In this document: piece by piece, positions 26,393 through 40,271 of the stretch
How positions within the stretch are numbered: position 1 is the first letter of the stretch
Layout of the letters: each line of letters opens with the position of its first letter
NCBI RefSeq assembly: GCF_006345805.1
Contig: NC_043005.1
Location: 68,758,001 to 68,822,000, forward strand
Direction: 5' to 3'
DNA from: Octopus sinensis
Lineage: Eukaryota
DNA length: 64,000 nt
The notes under the pieces: generated by a model
What the model was told of the DNA's origin: nothing
Database searches by the model: none
What the model saw: the letters and a program-made list of their open reading frames with translations, nothing else
Made by a program: the position numbers and the translations under genes

Positions 26393-26958
26393 GTTATTAA
26401 AGAATTAAATGAAATAAAGTGGAACGTCTTAACACCAAAGTCACTTCACATCAGCAACTGTTTTCTTGTAATAAAAAAAAAAATGATCTATATAATATAA
26501 AGAACTTAATTAAGATATAGTACTAGACTTACAACTGGGCCAGAAATAGAATACGCATGAATGAAGAGAAGGTTGAAGTGGATGTAAATGTTTAGAAGAT
26601 TTTTACTAAAATATTTATTTCATACCCATATAAAGATATAAATAAAAAAGAAGAAAACTCTAACACAAATATACAATGCTGAATCGACAATCCAAGAAAA
26701 GGTTACAGAAAAGGTTACATATCTTCGGAAGAATAGTACGCTTGAAACATCAATATCAAAAATAATATATATTTTTTCAATTGGAGATAGTATTATTCAA
26801 TTAATCAAACGATTATCGTATTTTGGTGTTTTAATTCAAAATATCGCACTGTAGTGAGCGAATTTCTTATTTATAGATATAGAAAGATGATTGACTCAAT
26901 GAAAGATATCACAAAATTCGTTCCAGATCAGTAGGCCGCTTGAGTATGTCATGTATAT

Positions 26959-27048
<90 letters not shown>

Positions 27049-27104
27049 ATATATATAAACAGACAAATATATTTATGGATCAAAACAATTTGTTTCAAAA
27101 TCGT

Positions 27105-27145
27105 TGGTACTCTTGAGTTTCAAGCGTGATGCAAGTCGTCAGCCA
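27105..27145 (-). ncRNA. Minimal type I hammerhead ribozyme, intact core
   Basis: UGG CUGACGA CUUGCAUCACGCUU GAAA CUCAAGAG UA CCA. 3-bp stem I, weak stem II, stem III ACU(C)/(G)AGU and a GUA cleavage triplet. Confidence 0.7.
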
Positions 27146-27689
27146 TAATAAATTTGAATGCCAAAATTTGATTGCGATTGGTCGAAGAAGGTCATAGAAT
27201 GTAGTGGTTTATTGTAGGTATATAGGTAACAGTTAGCTGGAAAATACCGCAGGTGAACAGGAAATTGATCACGTGGAGGACAGGAAATAGACCACGTGAC
27301 GATTAGGAAATCGGATCGGTTGTCGGGTGGGGAATTGTAAGCCTGTGCTTAATTTCCTGTTGGAGAATTATGAAGTACCTCACTCCACATCGAATTACAT
27401 CCGGACCATAAACTCTAAGCCACTATTTTTTCACCCTTATATATATATATATATAAACACCGTTGTTCCTAACCATTGTTCCTAAACACCATTGTTCCTA
27501 AATTGTTACGGTACAAGGGAGATCACTCTTTTCCTGCATCTGCTTCCTTGTGTTTACTTTTCCGTTTTCCATTTCTTCAACGTTAGACTTTTATATATAT
27601 ACTCCCATTTCGCCTTTTCTTGCTTCTTCTCTTGTCTCATTTCTATTTCGTTATGCTATGTTCGGAGTGTCCGATGACTGAGCTACTAA

Positions 27690-28070
27690 ACCAGCACATG
27701 CAACTAATAGTAACACATAAAACCATATATTGTGTTTATTAACTAATATTTACTTAACGCAGGTTGGACTACGTTTTTGGTTGATCTTAATGTCACATAA
27801 CAGTACACTATATATATGGTGCTTTCGACATTTCCTGATTGGAGCAACCAGGTTGGAAACTGTTATAAGCCTGCAAGTCATTCAGAGGCACAAATATATG
27901 CTTAAATATATATCCAATTCTCTGTAACTTATATGAAAGAATAATGCAACCGTACCTTATATATATTATTATCATTGTGGCTGCCCCCTCGTTATCGAGT
28001 ATGGCCATTGCACGAAGCTTAACTGTTACTGGTGCTGTGATCGAATGTGACTTTTTAGCCCAGCTAAGAT
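27690..28070 (-). mobile_element. Older Helitron PIF1 helicase fragment
   Basis: [16 protein letters not shown] (resembles LIIWDExxM) and [11 protein letters not shown] (resembles FSxWLLxIGNG). 27818-27866 is similar at the DNA level to 29116-29162. Confidence 0.6.
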
Positions 28071-28098
28071 CTACAATGTCATACATACATACGTACAT

Positions 28099-28176
<78 letters not shown>

Positions 28177-28185
28177 ATGTGCGTG

Positions 28186-28216
<31 letters not shown>

Positions 28217-28223
28217 GTATATA

Positions 28224-28275
<52 letters not shown>

Positions 28276-28509
28276 TATACATATAGGTTTAGGAACAATG
28301 GTGTTTTTATGTATGTATATATATATGTGTGTGTGTGTGTGTACTAGCATTGCCCGCGAATGAAATTTTTCCTTATATACTGTAAGAGAAAAGAAAAATA
28401 TGTTGTATATATTGTATAGGAATTTGTTATACTAAATTCAATTTACTCTCCAATTTGGATACAATTTATTTTTTAATTGAGCAATCATTTCTCAATTAAT
28501 AATACGAAA

Positions 28510-28636
<127 letters not shown>

Positions 28637-29340
28637 TAAGAAACGAACATACAAAATTTACCACTTTTATGAAAGGAAATAAATTCTAACACAAATATAG
28701 GAATTTGTGTAAGAGCTTCTGCGTAAACAACATTATTTGCTTTCTAGTTTGGAGCATAAAAAAATAGGCCTTGAAAACTTCCTACACTGGTGCAACCAAC
28801 ATAAATTTTGACCATGAGAAAAGCAAAGCCAGTAGAATTCAAAGTCTGACCCTGCACTTATTAATAGATATTGCAAAGCAAAGTCGCACTGTGAATTTTC
28901 TTCGTTTGAACTCAACCATTTAATTATTAATTCATTAATTCATAGTTACTCCTTGCTACTGTCACATTTTTTGAGCAAGAATTGCCCTTTTACACAACCA
29001 ATTATGTGAATTATAATTATTACTTAAGTCTGGAAATACCCTGTTCTTCAATTCAGCTAGGGAATTCACTGTCATACCAATATGAGCCAAACTGATATTA
29101 CCATTCCTATCAAATGGTACTTTTCCATTTTCTAATTAGAGCAGCCAGGTTGAAAACTGTTTGGCACATTAGTCTCCATGTAATAAAACTCGCACGTTAG
29201 TATTGAAGGAGAATTTCAGTACTTTATTCCATCAGATCTTGTTAGTCGCGGAATGGCTGGTGATGTCTGTCTGAAGTATCCTGATAAAACTAATGTATCT
29301 TCTCCCACGGATTCATTGTTGCCTCTCATGTCCTGTAAGG

Positions 29341-29643
29341 CAGTGCTACTGAAAGTTGTGGTCCACAGACCGGTGCCGGTCTGCGAGCCATCTGCTGCCG
29401 GAAAGCGGCGAGTTTCAAGAAAAGAAAGAATCATTTTAAAATGCTTATAAAATGCTTAGGTAATATTGTATTATTTGTTTACGAAATAAATATAAGATTT
29501 TTAGAAATTGTTAACTTTTATTATAGTCATTTTATATACTGTTTTCAGTATAAATTAATATTACATAGAAATATTACTAGTCCCTGGCACATTGGAAATA
29601 TAAATCTGCCGGTATGTCACATCAGATATTTTGAGAAGCATTA
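29341..29643. mobile_element. hAT/Charlie-like MITE inserted in the Helitron helicase
   Basis: Imperfect TIRs CAGTGCTACTGAAA / TTTGAGAAGCATTA and an 8-bp TSD-like pair ctgtaagg / aagtaagg. Removing it restores GKTLQDMRGNN. Confidence 0.75.
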
Positions 29644-31275
29644 AAGTAAGGTCTTACCAAGAGCTGCCATTGCCTCTCTATGTAATATAGTGCATTTAGC
29701 GCAAATGATAATGTAGCTTTGGCAGAACACTTCTGCTGAACTTGATTCTTTGCTTATGTTACAAATTGGGCTGTCATTTATAACCAGGTTTAGCGGTGAT
29801 TTAAAGGCTGAATGAACTGTTCGTCCTCCTGGAAGAAGGGTGCAAGCCAAGCCAGACAATGGCACAGCACCTGTTATTCTTTTATGTTGTCTTACCTTGG
29901 AGAGAAACAATGTTACAAACGTTTTACCTTTGACACCAGGAGCATCAAGAAAGAAGAAGATTCCGCTGCTTTTTCTTGTGATTGTGGAATGCAGCACGCT
30001 TGCATACACACACACGCACGCAGGTACATATGACTATAGTATCAAACTTCAGATGGAATGGACGGGTGTGTGTGGGGTGGGTGGGTTAGAGAGAGATTGC
30101 GAGTGAATGTGTGTGTTGTCATGTATACGTAGATACACAAATAAATAGGCATACATTTTCTTGTGCGTTTGTGAGTGTGAGAGCGAGAGAGAGAGAGAGA
30201 GAGAGTGCCACTTATACCTCAATCTCTCTGACACACTGAGGCATACATACATGCATACAAAAAAGATGTATGCATATGTATTTATGCAAGTATACATGAC
30301 AACCCGCCCATACACTCACTCACACACACATAGACACACACATACGTTAATGTATGCAAACGTACATACAAAAACACACGTGGGCGTGTTTGAATGACTA
30401 TAAATATATAAAGATGAACGTGGCCTACAAAAAGAAAATAAATAGAAAAATTTACGGAAAATAACGAAGTGTGCGAGTTCAAGCAAACAATGAATGAGAT
30501 AAACATGAATGAAAAAAGTCGTATAAATAAAAGCACGCTTAAAACCTCGATCCGAATATCTAAATTTGTGAACTCAGTAAATATTTCTTTCATTAAGCTA
30601 TCGTAGTAGTTTACAAATGGCGAATAAGAACTTGAAATGAAAACATAGAAATAAAAACATTAAAATAGAGTGAGAGACTTCGGCGTTTTTACTTCAATGC
30701 CGGAAGTTGACATTGAGAAACGTTTTTAAAGAAGTTAATCACAAATATCAAGTAACATTTCTTAACTTTTAATACAAAAAATCTAATGAAGAGCCTAACA
30801 TGTTTCCGAAATCAAATTATCCATGCAACGCAACTATAGAAGCAATTGGTAAAGCCGTCTTCGAGTGGAAAGCGAATACACACATCTCTATTTTATATAT
30901 TAGGTAATACATAATAATTTAAAAATATTTTTCTTGCTGTATTGCGGGTTCGTTTCTCTTTTTTCCATCTGTGATCTTATTTGTGATCTTCTATATAGAT
31001 GAAGATATTTCTCACGCCTAGCTGCTTTTCTTTCTACGAAACGAGCAGTTACATTGCGGAAGTGTTATTTTAACGAGTTGATTCTATTTATCACCCGACG
31101 AATTACATCTGCACCGCCATATGCTCGTAAACCATTTACTGAGTGTCCCATTCATGAGTGGGCGATGCTAGATTTGTCGAAGCAATTGTCGTGATTAATA
31201 ATAAATTCTCGTATATTCTATCTTCCATCTTTCATTTGCCAAATAAATAAATAAATAATAAATAAATAAATAAAT

Positions 31276-31312
<37 letters not shown>

Positions 31313-31347
31313 CTATATCTATCTGTCTATCTATATATCTATATATC

Positions 31348-31403
<56 letters not shown>

Positions 31404-31479
31404 ATATATAAATATATATATATATATAATATATATATATGTATTCTTTTACTCTTATTTTCTTCCATTCATTAGACAT

Positions 31480-31820
31480 ATTTCTAAAGCATGTTACTTA
31501 TTTATCGGCCTCTTTATTGAAACCCAAAATTACGTGGTTCTAAATACACCAACAGCAAATTACAATCGGTGGACAAACACAGACAAAAAGACACACACAA
31601 ACACCCCAATGATGAGGTCACGGCAAAGCCGCAACCTTAGTGCTGAAACATATAAAGTAATAAAATAATATAAACGTATATAGGGCGTACGCATTTCAGT
31701 TTCCGTTACAAAGTTTAGATGGGCCCAACGATATAGCAGAAGACAATTGTCCAAATGTCCACGCAAAAGGACTGAGCGCGGAAATCTGTAGTTGGGAACC
31801 AAACTTCTTTCCACAGAACA
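31480..31820 (-). mobile_element. SINE family A, old diverged copy
   Basis: ttcagtttccgt...atagcagaagaca...gactga matches the minus-strand copy at 32934-33351. Confidence 0.6.
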
Positions 31821-31823
31821 ATG

Positions 31824-31872
<49 letters not shown>

Positions 31873-32211
31873 AATGTAAAAGAATACAAACTGGGACTAG
31901 AACGTGAAACATTTAGAAGACGATACAAAAAACACGGACGGGCCATTCGAAGCCTTCAATCTTCAGTCAAGAACCGGATCATCTTAGCATTGTCGGCTGA
32001 TTAATCTTGAGATTTATCCGATCTGGCCAGCCCCAAAGGAAAATCTAAGCCAAGCGCATTAGATTCCTTGGAAGAAAGCCTCGAATGTATACAAAACAAG
32101 GACAGAAAAACGGACGATGTTACACGAATAAAAATAAAAATACAAAAATACGTAAACACAATAATGATAGCACGGATAAGAATACAAATATTTGTAAAAA
32201 CAATAATGATA

Positions 32212-32245
<34 letters not shown>

Positions 32246-32259
32246 CCGAAATTTAAAGG

Positions 32260-32410
32260 TAGGGTAAAATGATCGATAGAATCAAGTACTAGGTTTAAAA
32301 TATTAGTACCGGAGTCGATACGATCAACTAAATTTCTCTCTACGATGGTGCCCCACCGTTGCTGCAAAACAATGACTACAACAGCTAGAAGGTAAGAAAA
32401 AGATAAAAGA
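32260..32410 (+). mobile_element. SINE family A-related 3' fragment
   Basis: gatagaatcaagtactagg...gtcgat...ggtgcccca...aaaagataaaaga. Confidence 0.55.
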
Positions 32411-32434
32411 TATATATATTTGTATATGGGCAGA

Positions 32435-32500
<66 letters not shown>

Positions 32501-32933
32501 CAAGGGGACGAGAAATAAAAAGTGAAATATAGCTGCATATATAGATATTTGGGGTTTCCTACCTGGTAGATGTAAAACACAGAAGTCAAGGCGAATTCTG
32601 TGTTCCCTATTTTCCTGTTTGGTGAGTTATGAGTGTTCATTGCGCTGACAGTTTTTCCTTTCTTCTTTCCGAACCAGCTTTTTTTTCGAATTTAAAGCAT
32701 GTTCTTATAAAATGCGTATCATATCATAAAATTCCATATTGATCTCTTTCAAAAGTGTGCTTCTTAGTGTTAGAATAACTCAGCTACCACACTCTTTAGG
32801 TTCCTGTTCTTAAAATCCTCGTTTCCGATGTTAAAATGCTTATGTATGTTTGCCGATCCATTTACATAACGAATCAATGACTCTAAGCTTGTGCAATTGT
32901 GCGCATTTATGTTTCTAACTTTTTTCTCTTCGA

Positions 32934-33351
32934 TACTCTCTTTACTCTTTTACTTGTTTCAGTCGTTTGATTGCGGCCATGCTGGAGCACCACCTTTAGT
33001 CGAGCAAATCGACCCGGGACTTATTCTTTGTAAGCCCAGTACTTATTCTATCGGTCTCTTTTTTCCGAACTGCTAAGTGACGGGGACGTAAACACACCAG
33101 CATCGGTTGTCAAGTGATAGTGGGGGGGACAAACACAGACACACAAACATATACACACACTTACACATATATATATGTACACTTATATACGACAGGCTTC
33201 TTTCAGTTTCCGTCTACCAAATCCACTTACAAGGCATTGGTCGGCCCGAGGCTATAGCAGAAGACACTGCCCAAGATGCCACGCAGTGGGACTGAACCCG
33301 GAACCATGTGGTTGGTAAGCAAGATACTTACCGCACAGCCACTCCTGCGCC
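32934..33351 (-). mobile_element. tRNA-derived SINE family A, full length
   Basis: Reverse complement of the 42072-42472 type, with a complete 5' end GGCGCAGGAGTGGCTG. Confidence 0.95.
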
Positions 33352-34059
33352 TAACTTAATTCATGCGCATTTTTCCAAAAATTACTGAAGAACTACTGCT
33401 TTTTTTTTAAACATTATTTCATGTACAACTGCTTCCGGCTCACCTTGCTTTTCAGGAATTATCAGAGAATTTCTAGTTTTGTGCATGATTGTATTAAATG
33501 CTCTTTCATGGATGTTTATACAATGTGTTTGTGGTGCCTGGTCAAAGGTAATTTCCTTTTCATTTCGTTTATTATTTCATAAGCTCTTATATATTTGCCT
33601 ATTGCTAATTTATGTTTACGCACGTTTTATCCCCTTATCTGATTATAAAACAGTCTATAACACAAAGTTTTTTTAATCATTATTTGAATAAATACGATTT
33701 TACTTAGTGGTCAATTTTGTTAGTTTAAACTTTGCTTCTTTTTTTCGATGAATCCATATTCAACAATGTTCAAGGCATACACCATTGGGAAACGCACACT
33801 TCGATCTAGAAATCGTATTGAGGATAGTGTCTAAATGTGCATCACTATTGAAGTAAGTACATATAACAGCTTGAGATTTTGTAGAACTTAGTTGTTCTTC
33901 GAGGTAATCACAAAGGTAAAGCATGCTTGAAGAATATGTGACGAACGATCTGGATCCATATTAAAAACCCATATCTTTTTGTTCTTTGTGCAACATAAAC
34001 GATCATTTCTGGGCCGTACCTGGATGTGATGTAAAGTTGGTTTCAAATTATAACTGAGC

Positions 34060-34540
34060 TTCAGCTTCAAAAAGGTTGGATGGACGTGAGCAACAAAGGA
34101 TTTTCCGAAACCGAAGTTGCATAAAAACTAATCTATAGACACTGATTGGTGATAGACTAGTGGAATTTACCATTTCTAGAACTCCGGTGAAGCTGTCACA
34201 ATGGGAGAGTAATTAAAAATACATCAAGGACTTACGGTTTTCAGTCGAAAAGAACCGATTACTCTCTATAATAGCACATGATATATGTCTTCTAAGCATA
34301 ACACGGGGAACATAATTCTATCTCACCCAGGTTACTCACCAAACATCTTTCTAATTGCTTACAACTTTTGATGCATTTAGATAAATCCCGCCAGAGATAA
34401 TCACCAAAAATCAAAAAGTACTTCAACACTCTTTGAAATAATATCTTGGGTTCACAACTTCAAACTTGAGAAACGAAATAGGAAATATCTTGTTTGGAAA
34501 CAAATATTTTCTCATTGTAGAGGTTGCTATGTCGATGTAT
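34060..34540 (+). mobile_element. Decayed mariner transposase
   Basis: FPKPKLHKN followed by a decayed equivalent of VMVTVWW...IIH...PGETIT, and a YSP motif further on. Confidence 0.6.
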
Positions 34541-34544
34541 AAAT

Positions 34545-34750
34545 GTGGTGGAATAGAAGAATCCTTAGCTCGCTGAAAAAAATGCTAAGCGGCATTTCTC
34601 CGTCTTCATGTTCATAGTTCCGACTCTGCCAAACTTGAATTTGCATTTCATCTATTCGGTGTCAATAAAATAATTACCAGTTAATCATTGAAGCTGATAT
34701 AACCAACTACACATCCACTACGTCAGGCCTTGTGCCTAAAGTAGAAAGCA
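34545..34750 (+). mobile_element. SINE family B, diverged
   Basis: aaatgctaagcggcatttc...ttgcatttcatctattcggtgtcaataaaataattaccagtt...ggccttgtgccta. Confidence 0.7.
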
Positions 34751-35649
34751 TTCTTTCGATGTATACATGCATTTTGAGCTTATATTAAAAATATGCCCAT
34801 ATTTTTGTTCTCATTTAGCATCTTAGCGTTTTCTGTAGGTCATGTGCAAGTACACTCCATTCAACTTCTATTAAGAAAATCTCCTTGCACGGCAGGTTAG
34901 AAATAAAGGACATATCTGAAGAACGAGTATTAATTTATCAATCGGTGATTTTAAACTTATCATATGAGAGAGTGTATGATGTATAAAATAAGTTTCTTCA
35001 AAATACCGACATAAATTATATTAGCTGTCTATAGCTCTCAGCAATATATTAAATTACTTCAGCTCAAATTGCAAATTTCCAATGATGAAAACAAATAGAG
35101 CAAAAGATTAAAAATTTCAGATACTTGATGCATCTTGCTCGGGGTTGTCAATCTTACTTTTATTAAAGTTAATTATTTCATAAATCTTTATATACCACAT
35201 CTCATAGTTTTGAATTAAATTCTTTCGAGCGCCTTCCCAAATTACAAAATAATTGAAAGTTACTCGCTTGAAAAACTAATATTGGTTCCCAAATATTTTT
35301 ATGTCCAGTAAACATTTTCTTACTCTTTTTAGATTTATTCTGTTCTAGTTTGCTTTCATTAATAAAATGAGAACAAATTACCAAATACATGAAGACAACA
35401 ATATTCTATTTCACAGGAGGTGAAAGAAAAAATCTTCGAATGGTACAAATATTAGAAAGAATTGGAATGTTTTTTCTTAATTATCCACAAAATATATTTC
35501 CCTGCTAGTCCCATGAAATATCATTTATTTATTTTTTTCTTTGACATTAGACATATTTTGACGAACTACGCTTTGATTCGAAAAACTGAGCAGGCAAGTC
35601 GTAATTCAGAATTTGGACTTTTTGTGCTAGATTTTAGTCAAACAAAATT

Positions 35650-36706
35650 CATTTATTAGCATTTAACATCTATCAGATCATCTCATAATTAATGTCTGAA
35701 TATTGAAACGATGACTTCTTTCCATCTACGTATAGGTTGTTTTTTAAAATTCCATTGGTGAAAGACACTTTTGCTTTGGATGCGAAGGAAGAAGGGGAGG
35801 TCCCTTTCGACCATTTTCGTGATTTTGATTACTAATTTGTCAAAATGATTCTGCAAGCTTTAAAACATATGGTAATGAGAAGGAGTGAAGTCCGGGGAAT
35901 AAGATGCGTTCTTCGATTTTTCTGGAGTAATCATTACAGTGCGAGGCCTTGCATCATCATAATAAAACACCACACCCATACGATTCGCCAAAGTAACATC
36001 CAAACGATTCCTCAAAGTAAAATCCAGACAACCAGTAATTGTTGCAATAGTTGGTAACAGCTCAAATTGGATGACTTTCATGTAATCCTGCCAAAAAGAA
36101 GAGAGAACCTTTTTTGCCTGAAATGCCTTTACCTTTCAGTTTGTGGTTTAGCTTGTTCTCCGTTACTAAAAAACTGCCTGTGTCGATTAACATCTTCATA
36201 AAAGTTCAATTTTTCATCATCAGTCAGTCATCCAAAAATGGTGAGATACGTTCACGAGAGTGAAGAGACGAGCAGATGTGCACTCGTGATTTTCGGTTGG
36301 CTTCTGTCATCAAATGGGGAACCAATTTTCTGTGTTTGGGCACGTTTCCAAGCTACTGGTGATGGCGGTGAACAGTGGAATGGCTTCAATTGGACTTATT
36401 TGCCAATTCTTTAACTGACGCAGCACTATCCTTGCTCATCATGAAATTCAACAGGGCTCCCAATTCGTGGCTTTTCTCTTGGGCTGTTGAACTTTGCAAG
36501 CCACCTTCTACAAATATTTTCACTCAAGCATTCTTGCCCATAAACAACTTGCTTCAAGTGCAGTGTTTCCCTATTTCAACTCATATGCGTCTTAAATGCT
36601 CCTTCCGTATACCCATCCTTCTTGGGGTTAATAGTAATTAGTCCAGTCAGATTATTCTATAAAAAGAAATTAAGTTCAAGGGTTCCAAGTTCATATGAGT
36701 ATATAT

Positions 36707-36799
<93 letters not shown>

Positions 36800-36840
36800 T
36801 GTGATACTTCTCCCGTTATTTATGGGATGACCCGATATTT
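35650..36840 (-). mobile_element. Decayed mariner element
   Basis: LANRMGVVFYYDDARP (HDNARP motif) and SYSPDFTPSHYHMF. The N-terminal region is at 36300-36640. Confidence 0.8.
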
Positions 36841-37494
36841 TCAGACTTTCCTAAACTGTATTTTCTTTATTCTGTCTCTCAATGCTCATTAACTGGAGAT
36901 TACACCCTACAGAAATTAAACTAATTACTTAATTTCCGAAATATATGCATTATAGTAACAATCAGGTCACAATGACGTTATTGCAAATCATATAATTTTA
37001 ATGAGATATTGCAGTTGTGACTGTACTACAGACAGTATTGCATGAAACCTTGCATTTCTCACAAAAGTACGTAAGAGATTTTCCTTTATAAAAACTGTTT
37101 TCTCATATAAAGTAAATCTATGCTTGCAAATTCGTGACAGTGAAACCCAAACAAACTATCGTCATGAATATGCATCAACGCTTTATGCGTCTTTTATTGG
37201 AGTAAGCCATAATGTATCGAAATATTGTCCATATGAATTTGTAATTGCATCGATACACGTAGCTGACAGTATGTTGATATGCGAATGGTCATTTACGTAT
37301 CTACCTTACAGCAAATATCAATATATATGTAAAACATACAAAACTTTAAATTTGCATCATTCTGTAAGGCAGGAAAACATTTATACAATCACCGACACTC
37401 GTTAATTTACATAGATGCATACATGCAATAATGGTACATGTTCACCGATCCCCCTGTTTTCGTTGTTGTGTTTCTCTTTTACTAATATTTTCAT

Positions 37495-37900
37495 GTCACT
37501 GTGAGGCAATTAGATTCCCTACCAACCACATGGTACTGGGTTCAGTCCCACTGCGTGGCATCTTGGGCAAGTATATACTACTATAGCGTCGGGCCGACCA
37601 AGGCCTTGTGAGTGGACTAGTTAGACAGAAACTGAAAGAAGCCCGTCGTGTATATATGTATATATATATATATATATGTGTGTGTATGTGTGCTTGCGTC
37701 TGTGTGTCTGTGTTTGTCCCCCCCATCATCACTTGACAATCGATGTTGATGTGCTCACGTCCCCGTGACTTAGCGGTTCGGCGATATAATCCGATAGACT
37801 CAGTACTAGGCTTACAAAGATTAAGTCCTGCGGTCGATGTGTTCGGCTAAAGGCGGTGCTCTAGCTTGGCCGCAGTCCACTGACTGCAACGGATAAAAAA
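37495..37900 (+). mobile_element. SINE family A copy, moderately diverged
   Basis: accaaccacatgg...gggttcagtcccactgcgtggcatcttgggcaagt...ggccgcagtc. Confidence 0.92.
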
Positions 37901-38097
37901 AATACATACACACACATACATACACACGCACGCTGACTGACACACACAGATATAGACATATATATATATATATGTATTGAAGGAAATAGGGAAATACAAA
38001 TGATACGTAAATTTATTAACATTATAATATAATTATACTATAGAAAGATATAATGCTATAATGTAATATAATATAACAGTTAAATTAAACAAATGTA

Positions 38098-38169
38098 TAT
38101 TTTACAATATGTTTCGATTCATTTCCACATTTATATACATTTATGTATATAGATCTCGTCAGGGTAATA
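38098..38169 (-). ncRNA. Hammerhead ribozyme candidate, intact core, weak stem I
   Basis: CUGACGA GAU...[UAUAUACAU/AUGUAUAUA]...AUC GAAAC AUAUU GUA. Stem II is closed by GAU/AUC and stem III is ACA/UGU. Stem I pairs only as UAUU/AAUA across an internal loop. Confidence 0.55.
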
Positions 38170-38964
38170 TTTGTCTAAAAAATAGACAAATATTTTATGC
38201 AAGGACTGCTAAATCATAAAATTGACTGATTTAAAATATAGCTATATTTACATGCCTGAACGTTAATAATTTTTAAATATGATAAATATTAAAATTTCAA
38301 ATAGGTAACATACATTAAATAAGTAAAACAATTACAACGGTATAAAATGGATTATGAATCTTTAATAATAGTAATCTAAAGATATTTTAATCTGATATTA
38401 TCACAGCCCATATTTATTATATAAAATCAATATAATAGAATCTATTATAATATTTTAAGAACTTAAGGCGGAGTAGGAAATATATTTTTAATTTCTATAT
38501 GCTATTATGTAAAAACGAATAAGTATATATTTGATTCGCATACGAAATTCCTTAAAAAAAAATTAATCAATGATACATTAATTCAAAACTTTTTTTCTAA
38601 ATTCGCCGATGTTAAACATATGTATAAAGTTACGGTTATAATAAACTATATATCATTTCTTACATAAAAATGATAATATATAAATGAATTATTAAAACTT
38701 AACTTATTTTTACAGAAGAAAACAAATTAGAGTAAGCCATTAGTATTATGTTTCCATAATTTTTATGTGCATATAAGTTCGAAAGAACAGAATATAATGA
38801 TATATACTAAATATTATAGGCTTTACAAGAACTATTCATATAGGCATAAATATTCAAAATATATACAAGCATATTTAAGAATCATATTTATCTATGCGTC
38901 GTAATGTAAACATTATTCTTAATAATGAACACGTGAAAAGCACAAATTTAATTAGTTTATCAGA

Positions 38965-39024
<60 letters not shown>

Positions 39025-40271
39025 TATGTGTATATGTGTATGTATATCTGTATATATATATATATATATAAATACATACACCCATATACATAGTATGAAA
39101 CTTCGGAATTTTGTAAAATAACCTCCCTAGCTTTCCGATTTGTGTTTCGCTCTTCCCCTCTCTTTCACTCTCTCTATCTTTTTATCTCTGTATGTCACTG
39201 TCTCACTTTGTCTCTGTCACTCTTTCTCTCTTTTATAAGTATACATATATATACTAATACACACATAAATAGGCACATCTATTTATATGCACCTGCCTAT
39301 AAATACAGACACATATATTCATATAAAAGATAAATGCGCACACAATCAAAATACAATACACGCAGAATGCACAGACAAAAAATACACTACATGCACAATG
39401 CACAGATGCATGTATATTCCTGGTAACATATAAAAACATACATGCATATACTCATGCAAGCAAATATATACAAATACACGGACTTATACATCGATATATA
39501 TGCGTTCATATGCATATAAAACTCATACATCCAAGCATACATATAAATGTGTATAGTTATACACATAGTCCCATGTAAATATATCCGCACATACATTCTT
39601 ATAAATTTACGCACACACCAACACAAGCATATACCAACGCATACACAAAAGAAATACATATAAATGTAAACACCGATAAATTCTAAGTAGGTTCCCTTCT
39701 ACAAGACATACACACTTTAATCCCTAAAATCCCGCACACATTGTGTGTATATATAATAGCTGTAACCATATAAGCGTGGTTGCCAATGTTACTTAACGGC
39801 GGAGAAATAAAGTAAAAGGAAAAATGAAAAATAACCGTCAATATAATCGTACAATTGTAGATACATATAATATAATCTGTACATAATCGACACAGTTCTG
39901 TTTACAAACGAGAGTATTCGTTTTGAAGTAAACAGGGAAGATATAACTTGCGTATCCTGGTAGAAAGACACATATATACCAAGTGTATGGCTGCAGAGAC
40001 ATAAATGACTGATATCATTATTCATTATTGAAGATAAAAAAACATGGAAAAATAAGTAGTTAAAGAAACCGTAAATAATCGCACAAATTAAACCTAATTT
40101 TCATACTGTGCGTAAGCAGATTAGATAGTATTATATAGGAAAGTTATCTTCATAAAATCCTGCAATCTAATAATAATCTGATTAAAACTATTTATGAAAA
40201 AATATCCAGCAGTTCATTACGGCAACGGCCTTGGTGTTGCTCTATATGTGTCTGACGTCGTCTCCACTAAC

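Noticed and set aside
31135-31190. Minus-strand HEMGHS-like metalloprotease motif
   Set aside because: It needs frameshifts, and the downstream residues do not fit astacin or other metzincins.
31938-31968. Minus-strand CUGAAGA...GAAU motif in a repeat next to (TA)n
   Set aside because: GAAA and stem III are not satisfied.
39898-39935. Small hairpin ctgtttac-aaacga/ttcgttt-gtaaacag
   Set aside because: No ribozyme core or other context, so it is plausible by chance.
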